A stretch of 61,724 nucleotides of DNA, filler included, from Sphacelaria rigidula (GCA_964200075.2; 9 parts of 9 records of this genome joined end to end with filler, not necessarily neighbours in it), one strand, 5' to 3'. Numbered from the whole stretch's first letter, positions 11,931 to 24,830 are shown. Notes: generated by a model from the sequence alone, not told the origin. Program-made: numbers and translations.

Positions 11931-13127
11931 GATGCTGCCTGGGCTGACATGGAGTGAAAAAATACTCAACAAAACACCTTGGGATGAAGAGGGATAAAAA
12001 AGCACGCATCCGATCGCGGGTCTGACGAGTATATATGGGCTAATCTTTTGCTTTGGGCTCCCAGCATCTGGTGCCTTTTGCTGTGTAACAGGCGCAGTAC
12101 TCGCCTCTCCTCTCCCTACTCGCTGCCCTTCGGTATGCACGCATCATTGATACAGCTGCCATTAACAATAGTCGCACATAGACGGCAACCTCATGCCGCT
12201 GATGAAGCAAGACGGCGGCGAGGTCGAGCTGGAGTGAGGGCCAGGGCTTCGACGACCTACGTTACTGCTGCTGCCTTTGTTCTGGTTGTCTGTTGTTCGC
12301 GTGCTTTGCCCTCTGTCCACGCGGCAGGTGTGGGGGGCTCCTCTGAAGGTATGTTTCGGAGGCACAGAAGGTTGCGGGACCGGAGGTTTAGTTGAAGTTA
12401 GGGTTGTATTGTGGTGTATTGATAGATATGGAGAGCCAGCTGTGCTGCACCGCCGATAGTGCAGTCCAAGAGCCTGTGTCGTGTTCTACCTGTGAGATGT
12501 GCAGTAGTCGACTGTTGTGCGCTCACCTGCTGCGAATAAGTGTGCCTTGGTGTATGACCTATCGGGAAAAGTTGTGGTGGTTAGTTCCTTCCTACTGGCG
12601 TAGGCACCGTGGACGTTTAACGGCGGGGGTGGACGACTTGTAGTACATATCTAAATGAGTACTGTAGAAAATCATGATGTTCTTCTCTGCCCACTGTCCG
12701 CACTGCACCGCACCTCTATTTTTCAGTCACTGCAACAGATGAACACGTGTCTTACCTTGGTGCACCTGCTGGTGCGCGCCTCATTACCCTGTCTTGTTTT
12801 CGTACTACGCTTGTGTGACTACGTGCTCATATAAAAAATTGTTCTCGTGTAACGCGATCTGCACTCGCACAACTTTTTCTACCCTGTCAACACACGAAAG
12901 CAAGCCTGTCCCCTATGCCCCAACATGAAAATACGGTGTATAACACCCCCGTGATATGTTCATCGAACGACGGATCCTCAGCCCCAAGGGATCGAGAGCC
13001 CAACGAAAATTTCGCGTGGAGAAGTATTGTGATCGCTTAAACGATAAGTAATTGGGAATAAGGCAAGAAACACGATGAAGGCGTACAGGCTAGCTCAGCC
13101 GACAGTGATTTTTGAATGTATTTCGGC

Positions 13128-13384
13128 GATGCTGTGGGTAATTCGAAAAGTTGCGCTAAAATTTTGACACAACATTCTTATCATCACTACGCACAACATT
13201 TCTCGAGGTGCATTGAAGAAAACAAAAAAAACAGGAAGTTGGAGCGATTGAAAGTTTCTCCAAAAACTAGAAAAATGCTGCAACTCCGTGAAAAAAGAAA
13301 TACAGATGCACCTCCAGAAATGTTGTGCGTAGTGATGAAAATGTTGCGTCAAAATTTCAGCGCCTAAGAATTATCCACAGCATC
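13128..13384. mobile_element. Foldback/MITE with ~80-bp inverted arms
   Basis: GATGCTGTGGGTAATTC..CATCACTACGCACAACATTTCTCGAGGTGCAT pairs with ATGCACCTCCAGAAATGTTGTGCGTAGTGATG..GAATTATCCACAGCATC; similar GCTGAAATTTT ends at 5789-5892. Confidence 0.7.
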
Positions 13385-13396
13385 CAATTTCTCGTG

Positions 13397-13470
13397 TGGC
13401 ACCCGGTGGTCAAACTGGTAGAACCGCCTCTTATTACAGAGGTCGCTAGTTCGAATCCCGACACAACCAT
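13397..13470 (+). pseudogene. tRNA-like sequence (SINE head or tRNA pseudogene)
   Basis: TGGTCAAACTGGTAGAAC A-box-like and AGTTCGAATCC B-box; no good acceptor stem. Confidence 0.45.
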
Positions 13471-13640
13471 TTTTGTTTTGCGCATAATCTGGCATAGCGC
13501 CTTGCATTTGGGGGGTGTATAGCGCGGTTTGAGGTAGTACTTCTCTCTCCTACGGTGGTAAATGACCGTCGGCTGGGAGGTTCTCTCCCATGATGGAGTT
13601 GTTGTCAACCTTGATGCCGTCTTGCAGCACTACTCGTACC

Positions 13641-13740
13641 NNNNNNNNNNNNNNNNNNNNNNNNNNNNNNNNNNNNNNNNNNNNTTAATTAATTAANNNN
13701 NNNNNNNNNNNNNNNNNNNNNNNNNNNNNNNNNNNNNNNN
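13641..13740. other. Artificial contig linker
   Basis: Identical N44-TTAATTAATTAA-N44 spacer. Confidence 0.98.
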
Positions 13741-13835
13741 TATTATTATGATTATGATTATGATTATGATTATGATTATGATTATGATTATGATTATGAT
13801 TATGATTATGATTATGATTATGATTATGATTATTA
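13741..13835. repeat. (ATTATG)n microsatellite
   Basis: Direct reading. Confidence 0.95.
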
Positions 13836-13914
13836 TTTCCGCACATTAGTCCGATCTCGCGAACCCGTGGTCACAGACGTAGGCTACATTATACGGTACA
13901 ACATACATACGAAC

Positions 13915-14040
13915 CTCGGCGAGACCAACGAGCTTTCCACGCTGATCGGCCAGAAGCTGCAGAGAGGATGTCGATTCGTGTTTGGCTAGCTTCTCCGTAG
14001 TCGCTAACGCGGACGAAAGGGCCTCGGACGCTGACACCAC
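13915..14040 (-). CDS. SEC3: Exocyst component SEC3/EXOC1, exon (VVSASEALSSAL...GKLVGLAE)
   Basis: AG/GT flanks, 126 nt, phase 0, continues the frame of the 15139-15279 exon. Confidence 0.7.
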
Positions 14041-14130
14041 CTTTGACGTAAACACGAAACAGACAAGAGGGAAACACACGACAGACAAGAGGGGAACAGA
14101 GTAGCGACGCTTCAAACAAAAAATAAAAAT

Positions 14131-14147
14131 ACAAACACACAAACACA

Positions 14148-14187
<40 letters not shown>
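14131..14187. repeat. (AC)n microsatellite
   Basis: Direct reading; lies in a SEC3 intron. Confidence 0.95.
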
Positions 14188-14188
<1 letters not shown>

Positions 14189-14877
14189 CGAGAGATATGA
14201 TGGGTTGACTTGTGGACTTGCCCGAAGACCATTTTCATCTGGCAGCCCATGGAACGAGATGCGATAAAGAGAAACGTCAGCTCAACGATCATCTGCGCAC
14301 ATGAGATCAGCCCTGTAGCTGCTCCAGTCGCAGTTCGAGTAGTTTTCAGCTAGCATCATTACGGAGAGGGAGGAGGGGAGACATTTCGAGACGTACTTAC
14401 CCCTGTGCCTTCAAAAGAATGTAAAACAGTAGACCACCATTTTAGCCCTGATTCGTTCCGCTACTCTTCCACCCAAACCTTATCCTACTAGAAAAAACGA
14501 TACTGTACTCACAGTACTGATGTTACATGCTACAAGGATTGACTCAATGTCCTTGTTTTTTCTGCACGGAAAATTGATTCATGTCAAGTCTGTGCGTACC
14601 CATCCACCCTTTACCCGTCCATCATTCCATAACATACGCTAGTGCTAATACTGCGGAACCGCACCGACGAATACTATAACGAAATACTTGAGCGCACAGA
14701 CTTTCCTGCTCCATCAAACACAACAAATAAAGTTTCGTTTTTAATCATATATTGAACATCAGACTCTTCCCGTGGTTATTGTATTCGCTCTTATCCCACA
14801 AGTTGCCGTGTACTGACCAGCAAATGCCGAGTCTGCTTATTTCTGTGAGGATAAATAAATAAAGCTGATTTGGAATA

Positions 14878-15092
14878 TGTACCTTTCTCGTGCGCAAATT
14901 GCCGCGGTACCACTATGCCCTTTGCGAGTGTCGTATTGTACCTTTTCAAATGGCGCAGTACGCTTATTAGTCCTAGTGTACCTCTTTAGCGGCGCACTGT
15001 GCCTTCCCAAGTGGCGCAGTACCTACAGCAGTCGTTCATGGTGAAACCTTTCAAGCGTCGCGTTATACCTATCAAAGCGACACTGTACCTCC
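14878..15092. repeat. Degenerate ~20-bp minisatellite (TGTACCTT..GGCGCA)
   Basis: Repeated TGTACCT / GGCGCAGTAC motifs. Confidence 0.5.
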
Positions 15093-15138
15093 ATCAGTCT
15101 CCGAATAACTCTTCCCGAGCTGCACGATAATCGTGTAC

Positions 15139-15279
15139 CTGTTCGACGGCCTGAGAAGCATCATCATCAGCATTGGTACGAGCCGCGTCCAGCACCACCT
15201 GAGGATTTCTCAGCGTAGCCTCGTCCGAAGGTGTGATAGAGATAGCCTCCACCAAATTCTTCAGGTACTCGTGCAAGTT
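15139..15279 (-). CDS. SEC3: Exocyst component SEC3/EXOC1, exon (NLHEYLKNLVEAISITPSDEATLRNP...)
   Basis: AG/GT flanks, 141 nt, phase 0; follows the Sec3 coiled-coil motif. Confidence 0.8.
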
Positions 15280-16234
15280 CTGTAGCACACACATCAATGA
15301 GAGGCCCGGATAAGCGACACAGGACTGTGAGACGAATCAAGTCTGCCGGCCAACACCATAAAATGAATAGCGACAAAATCAGTACAGTAACATCACGGTG
15401 CGCAGGTTGTTCAACGGGCCTCCTAACCGTAAGTTGCACAGTTGGGCATTCCTGGCTGATGAAACGACTGCTCGGACCCCAAACCCTCGACTGCCGAGGA
15501 GGTGTTATTCCGGCGAGGGGTGGGGGTGGGGGAATGGGGGGGGTATATACTACATTGCAATATAACACGGTAGCTACTAAGATGATGTCATGTATAGTGA
15601 CTAATCGACCAACGGAGAGAGGGTGTTATACAACATACCAGTGGTGCAAAGAGTACCGGCGATTTTACGGCGTTAGAGCCATTCTAAACGGAGCGTGTTC
15701 TTACATTCTTCAGATTTTTTGAAGAAACAATAATGATACAGGTATAATGTGGAACAACTTCCCCGAGCAAAATCGGAAAGTTGCCTACCCCGCGTCTTGA
15801 CCCCTTGGGAATAGAGTGCTGATGTTCCCAGTCATTTTTACGTCAAAATGATGCCGACTCACAAAAACAAACATGAGCACTGGGTCCCCAAAGAGTTTAA
15901 TAAAACTAGGAAAGCTTTCCTTCAACATCAACAACATCAGCAAAATCAACATCAACAACAGCCCTAGCCTACGCCGCTTGCTGCAGTGGGCAATTTCGCG
16001 ACGAAGTGGTTTGACCAAGTGGGTCGGCCGGCTCCTGATGCAGCGGAAGCGAAAACTGCACATATTACATATTTTTTTTATTTAGATGCCTCACGCGACC
16101 GTGTTCATGACGCTAAGGTGATGACGTGTGGGGGTCTCAAAGACACGGGGTGGTATACAACGTATGTCGGTGCAGTGCGGCAGTTGCCCGCACGGTGCGC
16201 AAAAACAGAAGACACGTGTCATCCGGGAATGTTA

Positions 16235-16745
16235 TTTGGGGGGGTGGGGGCGTACTCATTTGTTACTCATATGTTATTTGGGAGGGGGGGGGGGGGTCAA
16301 GCTTCTTCATGCTGTAGTTGTATGACCGTTGACCTTGCATTCTTACAAAGCCTGGACGGTGCACGCCGGGTTTTCGCCGGACTGGGCTCCAAATTCATCA
16401 CCGAGCGCGAAGCGCCGTGTATGTGTTCGACGAGTCACATGAAGGATGAGTTGCATCCTGTCAAGATTGATCGGCCCGAAGCGTACAAAATATCTTGCAT
16501 ACGGATGACAGCCTCGAATAAATTAGGCACATATTATCTGTGTTCTCGTGTCCTTCCTTTTATTCTCCTTTTCCATTATTGCCTCTTCTTTTCCCTCTTC
16601 TCTGATTGGTTCATCTATTGTTTTTGTCGTCCTCTCTTTCTTTTTTGTTGATTTCGCTGTCTCGAGCTTCGTTTGGCGAACGTTTCCATCTTGTTTCACC
16701 CGAGATGCGTCAATCTTATGGATAATGACCACGGCTGTATGTATC
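16235..16745 (+). repeat. Dispersed repeat family A, long copy ending in a TGACCACGGCTG tail
   Basis: Alignable by eye with 17942-18220 and 20430-20510(-). Confidence 0.7.
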
Positions 16746-17430
16746 TTCACCTCGGGGATCGGTTGACATGCGAAATTCAATCCACAAATTAACCAATCAT
16801 GGAGAGACAGCCGATGGTTGATTGGTTGATTGATCGATTTCGATTGGTTGATCGATCGATTTCGATTGGTTGATTGATCGATTTTGATTGGTTGATTGTC
16901 GTGCTTGCACAGTAGTTCCCCGCCAGTAGTCCAGCCGTGGTTGTGGTCATTGGACACAAGATGGACACATGTGCCCAAAAGTGAGAACAAAAAAAAGCGG
17001 AAACACTCGCCGAAGGAAACTCGACAAAGGGGACACATGGAGAGAGAGGAAAAAAACAAAGTTGACTGCGAACCAAAAAACAGGAGAAACGTAAGGAAAG
17101 GAGGTGAAAGGGGAACAGAAGAAGAAAATCAGAAGCAGTGAGACAATGGGAAGAAAAGTGTATGCGAATATGGTGTTTGTACTGAATAGTCAACACACAG
17201 ATGCAATCGTTTCCTAATCTGGTACCACATCGTTCACCACATCGTTCATCACTACACAACTCCATAACGAGAAGCTTGCGGGCAATTTTACTTCAAGCTG
17301 AGAGGGAAAAAAATGAACACACGGACGTGCAGGAATTCGGGATCCCTCTTCATATGCGTAATATTTCAAGAGGGATGACGGCATACTCCACTCATTCAAA
17401 CGAGAACGAGCAAATCGAAATATAACCCAC

Positions 17431-17535
17431 CTGATAATTTCTCCATTGGACGTCGAGCTTGTTGTTCTTCCGCTCTATGGCCGACATGTCTACCTGCATC
17501 GACTCCAGGGGTCGTCCATGCTCTTCCAGCCAGCC
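17431..17535 (-). CDS. SEC3: Exocyst component SEC3/EXOC1, exon (GWLEEHGRPLESMQVDMSAIERKNNKLDVQWRNYQ)
   Basis: AG/GT flanks, 105 nt, phase 0; matches the Sec3 signature WL..L..M..D...IE..NNKL..Q..N. Confidence 0.85.
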
Positions 17536-17689
17536 CTGACAAGAAGATGGGTAAGGTTTATCGTTAAGGTTTATCGTGAGGACCAGTCGAAGTGAAACGT
17601 TACGTACGGTTAGAGTTAGAGTTTGGGTTAGGTTTAGGGTATAAGCCGCTGACCACGGATATATGCAGGATCTTTACTGCAGGAGCAAT

Positions 17690-18305
17690 TGCACAGAAAT
17701 CAGGATAGCAAAGTGATGCACTGGCATTGGGGAACAAACGTGGTTTCTAAATCCCCGATGAGTTAGGTTTTTTGTGCGAAGTACTTCATTTCCACATTTT
17801 CTCATTTGCACAGTCGAGAGCATGGGTATAATGTATACTAGCAAAAAAGCTTGACTGGGTTTGTTAGACGACACTTCACGCGGTGCGGGAGTACTGATGG
17901 TCATGATTCAATCCGCGAGACCAGACTACAAAGTGTGTACCGGTGGGGGAGGAGGTACTCATGACCTCGCGATGTCGTAGTCGTATGACCTTTGACCTCG
18001 CATCCCTACAAAGCGGGGACGGTGCACGCTGGGTTCTCGCAGGACCAGGCTCGCAATCTATCACCAAGCGCGAAGCGCCGTGATGTGTTCGGCGAGTCGC
18101 ATGAAAGGTGAGCTGCATCCGGCTAAGACTGCTCGGTCCGAAGCGTTCTGATTATCTTACATTTGGATGATGGGCTCCAATGACTTGCTTCCTTTCCTTT
18201 TTTTGGTCTATCGCCTCTTCGTGTGTACCAGGGAGAGACGGGTTGATTCCTCGAGATCACGGACTCGTCTCGAGGAGGGGGGGGGGTTCAAAGTGTGACG
18301 AGAAA
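17690..18305 (+). mobile_element. SINE family S2 copy interrupted by a family A insertion (17942-18220)
   Basis: S2 body split at GTGTGTACC, which is duplicated at 17933-17941 and 18221-18229. Confidence 0.65.
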
Positions 18306-19109
18306 AACGGACCACTTTGAGGCCAGCGAGGTAACGGTCGGGGGTGCGCTAACACAATAGAACATACAGCAGGGCTACGCCGTGGAGTCGTGATCCAGGA
18401 AAAACGCACGATACGATACACGCGCGCAACACCTTGATATGTTCGAATCAGTATGTATTTTTCTTTCCTGAATCGAGGCCGAACATCCTCTGCCGTGAGA
18501 TTATAGCAACTGGAGGACATGCCTCACCAATAACGCTGTTCGTATGGTGTGTTTGCCTGACTGGGGATATTTTTCCCATCCAACTGCGAGTCTGAATAAA
18601 AGGACTAATAAGGAAAGATATGTCATTTCGGACTAAGCTAATGCACAATTATAACGCAGGCAGTACGAGAAACGGCAATATTTGGAGACGCCGTCGGATG
18701 TCTGAACAGCTAATCATGGATAGCCCACACATACGTACAATACGGTCTCGCTATACGGCGTCACAAGCCCAAGGGAAGCTCAGCACGACGCAAACATAGA
18801 CATGAGAAACCACCATTATAATACGTCTGTCATTATCAGTACTTCATTCTCACATCCTACAATAACAACTGGTCGGTCCAACCAACAAAAAAAAACTGCG
18901 TCGACGTCCTCCCCCTATGATACTATAATACTATAATACTTTGTCAACCATTCTCATCTCAAAAAAGCAGTTTCAGCCGCGGCTCCCTCAAGAGCTCTCA
19001 GAGGACAAGTATAGGATATTTATCACCCTATGAAAACCCACTTGTTGTCTCTCATCCAAGTAGCAGCGGTGCTCAGCCGTAATAGAGTACATACCCTATC
19101 ATATCATAC

Positions 19110-19196
19110 CTCCATGACCTCCAGCTGCTTGTCCACCTCCTCAAGCAAAGACAAGAGCGTTTCCGTCTCGGTGGTCTTCTCTGACCATGCGATGAG
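19110..19196 (-). CDS. SEC3: Exocyst component SEC3/EXOC1, exon (LIAWSEKTTETETLLSLLEEVDKQLEVME)
   Basis: GCAG acceptor, GTATG donor, 87 nt, phase 0; gives ...EVME-GWLEE, matching the Sec3 coiled coil. Confidence 0.8.
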
Positions 19197-20510
19197 CTGC
19201 ACAAACACACCAAAATAGACCACACGAACGTACCGCACCGAACCACCACAAACGCACGGGAGAGCGCCCCGAGCAGGGGGGGGCGAAGGGAGGAAACAGC
19301 ATGTAAACACAGACTTACTATTCGTTTTACACAAGAGTTACACAGGAAATATTTCGATGAAATACCTTCGTTGTTGTTGTTGTTGTCGTCTTCACATTAA
19401 AAACCGTTCCGATATCTGCCCAACACTCTTTACTGGGCATCTGATCCGGACGCCTTCCGTGGTCACAAGCTAATTACCCCAAATAGGTTATACAAGAAAA
19501 ACAAGAAGCAAAATCAGACCCAGAAATATTAATACAGACGCGACACAAAAAACGAACACATAGAACGAGAAAAAGAGAAAACGAGAAAAGGAGACAAAGA
19601 GAAAAGAAGAGAAGGAAAAAAGGAAAAAAGAAAAGAAGAAAAGTAGTGCTAACCTCTTGAGTTCCGGTGCCGCAGGCAACCATTCGGGCCACTGGAGGCA
19701 GACGCCAATGGTCCACTTAACACGCGAGGTCACACAGAAATTGAGCCAAACTCAGGAACCAAGATCACCAACGATAGCTCTACAGTCACATTACGTATTT
19801 GCAAGAACGATATCATGACTTCGATAATGTCGACGTGTCCGAGTGATTAAGGAGATTGATATCACAAACCTACCTTCATTTCGCGCGTCGGTTCGAGTCC
19901 TACCATCGACGATCGCTTTTCTCTCTTTCCGTTCCGGGTTTCTCCTCCTCCTACATTTTTTTTTCCAGGTACGATTATCTTGTGACCATCGCTGGGTCTC
20001 CCGAGGATCAATCAGCGAATGTGCGGTAATCAATTCCATCCAATCCAATAAACAATTCACAGTCCCTTCCCCCACGAGACTGCTTTGAATCATATGACCG
20101 TGCTTCATTTCACCACTTTCGCACTTAGCGTACCCGGGTCTTTCCTGCAAAGGAGGAGGAGACCCTAATTTCACTATCCCCGTACCTACAACAACCCTTC
20201 TCCTGTGAGGGAGGGTCAAATCCCAAACCTTGGGACAACCAAACCCCCTCAGATGGAGGGATGTAAAGAGACACTTGCTTGGCTACTGTAGAACAACATA
20301 CATGAGGCTGCTTGGGAGGTAAGGATCACACGTCATGTACATGTTGTCATTAGGGGTAATCAACAAAGACGATAAGACCAGGGGATGCTCCACTGTAGCT
20401 GTTGGGATTATTAACCTTAGAAAGTCGACCGTTAGCAGGATGCAGCTCGCCCTTCATGCGACTCGCCGAACACATCACGGCGCTTCGCGCTTGGTGATTG
20501 ATTTTGAGCC

Positions 20511-20610
20511 NNNNNNNNNNNNNNNNNNNNNNNNNNNNNNNNNNNNNNNNNNNNTTAATTAATTAANNNNNNNNNNNNNNNNNNNNNNNNNNNNNNNNNN
20601 NNNNNNNNNN
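20511..20610. other. Artificial contig linker
   Basis: Identical spacer. Confidence 0.98.
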
Positions 20611-21949
20611 TGTATAGTTCACATTCTGCCATTATATGACTTCTGCTCTCTATTGCTTTGCCACAGAGGCAGTTCTGTGCATCTGCAGTAGGTGGGGGGA
20701 TGAGGGTTCCCATACCGTCAGAGAAAATCTCCCCGGATTAACCATGCGTGTTTCGGGCAGTCACCATATTGATGGTTTTACCGCGTCGAATCATCCACTA
20801 TGTATTTCCCCCTGCAAATGACCCAATATCACCCCCGTGGTGGTGAAGCTGTGGTTTGGCCAAATTATGAAGACCACCCAACCGTTGAAAGCACGCGAAG
20901 GAAGGAGGCACACAACCTCTTACTCTTCGTGCAGTCTTTTGCGACCTGCCTACCCTATCTTGCGTTCATCAAGAGAGCTAGCTACCCACTGCTGTTGTGA
21001 ACACACTGATAATATCGTACTGATATACAAGGTTTCCCTTCGGGAGGTTGGTACGGGCCTCCCGGGGGTGACGCAAGTCGAAAATATATGGTCAAGAGAG
21101 GACGTTGTATCTCAATGTACAGTGGTGATCGTGGCTGTACGAAAAATTGCATGTGTTACCGGATGCCCTTTGGAAATTTGGGAATTCGGACGAAGGCCGA
21201 CGGTGGAACGGTCGGCGTAGGACATTTCCGAGGTGCGAGAGTGCGAAGTAGCTCTCGTGCCACGAAGACATGACAGCGGGAGGCACTCCCGGAAAATTGG
21301 AATGCGTGGAACATTCTTGGCATATTTTTGTACATCACTGTGGTTTCCACATCACCGGGCCTTGTTTTTGAGACCGGGTGATTGTTTTTGCGGCAAAACA
21401 TTCTTGTGCTGTTGTACTGCTGTGCCTTGTTCATCTCGCCAACGGCCCATTGCACGGTTTTGTGTTTGCTGCTGACAAAGGCCAAGGCAATCTTACATTG
21501 GTTTCAAATGCTTTGCTCTCATGTTCTCGTGACATTTACGGCATAATCGGTGTGTTCGTGGTCCCAAATGAACGAGATCGCGACTTAGAGAAACACGGGG
21601 AATTCATATCCCGCCGAAAGTAATCCTGTTTGAAGATTTCCATGATCTTCAATATACTTTTTTTGTGGTTCGGGTTCTTGTTTCAAGTTTTCCCTAATTT
21701 TGAAAAGGCTTTTGTGGTTCGGGATCGACACCCCGCGAAGAAGGGCCAGTTTGAGCGACTTTCGGTGGCCAGAACACACACCACAGGTATCAGATGACAC
21801 CCAAACCTGAACGATAATGCACCGTTGGGCCTTCTCAGTGCGCTGCAAAAGGAAGCGCGGGAAAAATTATCTTGCCACCAGAGAAAACTCGGCAAAAGTG
21901 GTAAAGAATGTGAGATGATAAATGTACATATATGGAAGGTTGTGTTCGT

Positions 21950-22425
21950 AAGGCACGGGTACGTTCTGTAGGATATGAGATTCCTTCCAGAACTTCCAGA
22001 ACTGTCGGGTACCGGTATGAAAGTCTTACAGAAATGGCCGAGCTTGTCGCGTACGGTACGGGAGGCTTACATAAAAACTGGTACCGGCAATCGGGTAACT
22101 ATTTTAGGGTATACCCGCCCCTCGGGTCAGGGTAAAGTTTTTGTACAGAATTCACAGAACTGTCGGGTAGGGTTATGGGAGGCTTACAGAACTCACATAA
22201 ACTGTGGGGTAGGGTATAGAGGTTGCACAGAACACCGTAACCGCAACCGGGTACATTATCAAGAGCATACCCGTGCCGCCCGGTAACGGTACGGGAGGCT
22301 TACAGAACTCACAGAACTATCGGGTACGGGTATCGAAATCCTACAGAAATTACAGAACTGTCGGGTACAAGTATGGAAATATTACAGAGTTTACAGAACT
22401 GTCGGGTGCGGTAAACACCCGGCGA
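21950..22425 (+). repeat. ~40-bp degenerate minisatellite (ACAGAACT..CAGAACTGTCGGGTA..)
   Basis: Many copies of CAGAACTGTCGGGTA and GGGAGGCTTACA. Confidence 0.8.
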
Positions 22426-24089
22426 AATACACAGGGTATACGGGAAACCGTACCCTACAAAACCTCCCTCCTCAAAAACAAGCGAACAACAAGGCTTTTC
22501 TGCCCACAACAAACGGTCCGGGGCCCAACGAGGAAACACAAAAAAACGCAGGATTTTGAAAGAGCGATATATCTTTGAGCACTGGAAACTGGATGCAGCC
22601 GGAAACAGCTCTGGAAGTCTCAACGGGCGTGACTGAAACTCGTGACTGAAACACGTTGCACGTACACGACCGAGCCCGAATGAACACGCACAGACACGCA
22701 GGGCACAAGCGCATCACGCCTGGCGCTAGGTCCGCGCTCATGAACGAAAGCACAGTAGTGTCCCACGGCAGTTCGTGTTAGAAGAGGGGCGGTCGCGTGT
22801 GCACCACAAAAGTTGCTGGCAATGCAGTCATTGACCGTTTGTGGCTGTGTTATACGGCACCCGTCTGACTGAAATCATCGTGTCTCGTTGAATTGTTTTG
22901 GACTAATTTATCCGCAGGCAAAAACGTTGCGCTCGGTTGATCAGTAGCTGCGGGTCAAGCTATCCGTTGCCCTGTCCTGGCACAGTGGGATCGTTCGTTG
23001 TTGTGTGCTTTGTGCCTGAGGTCCGGGCTGTCTGATAAGCATGTATACCACGGCAAGGATCGTTGCGCAGCTGGTTAATGCTCCCTTTTTATGGAAAAGA
23101 GCAAAAAAATGACGATAACGGGGAGGAGACGTCCTCATTTTTTGCTCTCCTTAGTCGTTTGACCACGCATCCCTTTCGAGATGGAGATGGGGAGGGGGCG
23201 GGAGGGGGGGGGGTACCCGTGATTCTGCATGCCGTAGTCATGAGGCAATTGGCCTCGCATTGCTGACGTAGACGCCGGGTTTTCGTATCCTTAAAAAAAG
23301 CGTGAAAGCGTGTATCTGACATATATGACTCAGCGAAGGGATATCCATATTTATACATGGCTTGAAACCAGCCAGGGGTTTCCCTGCACTAGTTTCAATT
23401 CGAATGCTCAACACTCGCATGTTTATGTAACTCCATGTGCTGTGTCGGTCGAAAAACATCATCCTTTCGAACCCAAATTGACCATGGGTGATTTTGAGCG
23501 ATCTGCGTGTGTGTGTGTGTATAGGCGTTCATATCCTGATCGCACAAATCAGCGTGTTGTGTGTCACCAATTTTGTTCCACGAAATCAATGTCAATGTGA
23601 TCTGAGGCCAATGCCATGAATATGAGGATCCTCGCAGCGGTAAGGTCAACTATTTGACCGCGGCGTGGTCATTTTGAGTCCCGCTGTACCCGTACAACCT
23701 TTTCTTGTGGCTTGATTTAGGGTTGAGAATGATCCTGAAGTCAAGACCTTCATGGGGTTTGCAGTCATTAGACCCGAGCTCTTGACCATCCAGGTTCCTA
23801 GCTGGACGCGGGTTGGACGGGGTTCTGGGGAGGATGTACTCATGATCTTGCATGCTGTAGTCATGAGACCACCGACCTCGCATCCCCACACAGCCGGGAC
23901 GGAGCACGATGGGTTTTCGCCGGGCTAGGCTCGAGGTCTCCGGTGTGTGAATGTGTGTGAAAAATAGACATTTCCGGTTGAGAGGTAACACGTGCATGAA
24001 CAACAGGAGAAGCTTGGTCCGCAAGAACTGTGTTGTTCCTGTTTCGTGTCTCGTGATTGCTCGAGCCTGATCCGAGAGCACACAGATGG

Positions 24090-24830
24090 ACTGTCGCCTG
24101 GAGGGCCATCGTGAGCGGTGACCGCGCTAAGCAGTACATGCAGCCGTGCATCTGTGGCAAGTTTTTTCGAAGCCGGGGCGCAACTGGATGCTTAAGGCAC
24201 GAAAATGACGGACATGCGCCACCCTCAATGATTGCAAGGGACTGCGATATTGAGCGCCTACCGACTAAAGAAGTCTCGCTTTGGAGCAATTCTCGCCAAC
24301 CGCCCATGCTCATCTGGCGTCCATCTGCACCTACAAACACTATCCTTTGAGAAACTCGCGGGGCTATTGGTGGAACAGGATCTCGAAACGATGAGCATGA
24401 GCGGTCGGAGCCTTAGCCCCTTCTGTTTAGTAGGGCTTACGTTTACTCTATGAGTGTTCAGGTGCTCAAATGATCAGAAGCGTTGACATTCGTTCTTTCA
24501 CACCTCTCGTCGAAACAAATTCGTGGTTTCCTGCGCTTGAGGTGAAGGACGCGTCGAGCAGACCGACCGTTGCATCATAATGTACTTGCGAGAAGGATGT
24601 CTCCGGCTCGTCGGGGACATCTTAAGTCACTGTGTACTATACCTTGCTTGCAATGGGGCCAGTGTTTTTATGGTTGACGAATGAAAAATCTTGACGCCTT
24701 TCGCCGACTTGGTAGATAAAATCGACCTGAAACGCAGCTCGGTCGGCCCTCCGCGCCGCGTCAGCGACCAGAACGAACGGTCGGTGTAAGGAGGCAATGT
24801 CAGCTCCACCATCTGCACGGTATCCAGCAC
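24090..24830 (-). pseudogene. Possible decayed tyrosine-recombinase (DIRS/Ngaro-like) fragment
   Basis: VFVGADGRQMSMGGWRELLQSETSLVGRRSISQSLAIIEGGA resembles the DIRS YR F...G....HSLRIGGA motif; stops and frameshifts present. Confidence 0.3.

Noticed and set aside
12134-12327. Possible first exon with a signal-peptide-like stretch ending AG|GTGTG
   Set aside because: Start codon unclear and no partner exon in the contig; insufficient support
14218-14292. Extra SEC3 exon (MIVELTFLFIASRSMG..)
   Set aside because: No convincing donor, and the flanking exons join well without it
17608-17640. Telomere-like GGTTAG repeats
   Set aside because: Only about five degenerate units inside a SEC3 intron; not a chromosome end
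20830-21895. Decayed coding-like/transposase-like sequence
   Set aside because: Fragmented frames with no motif I can assign confidently
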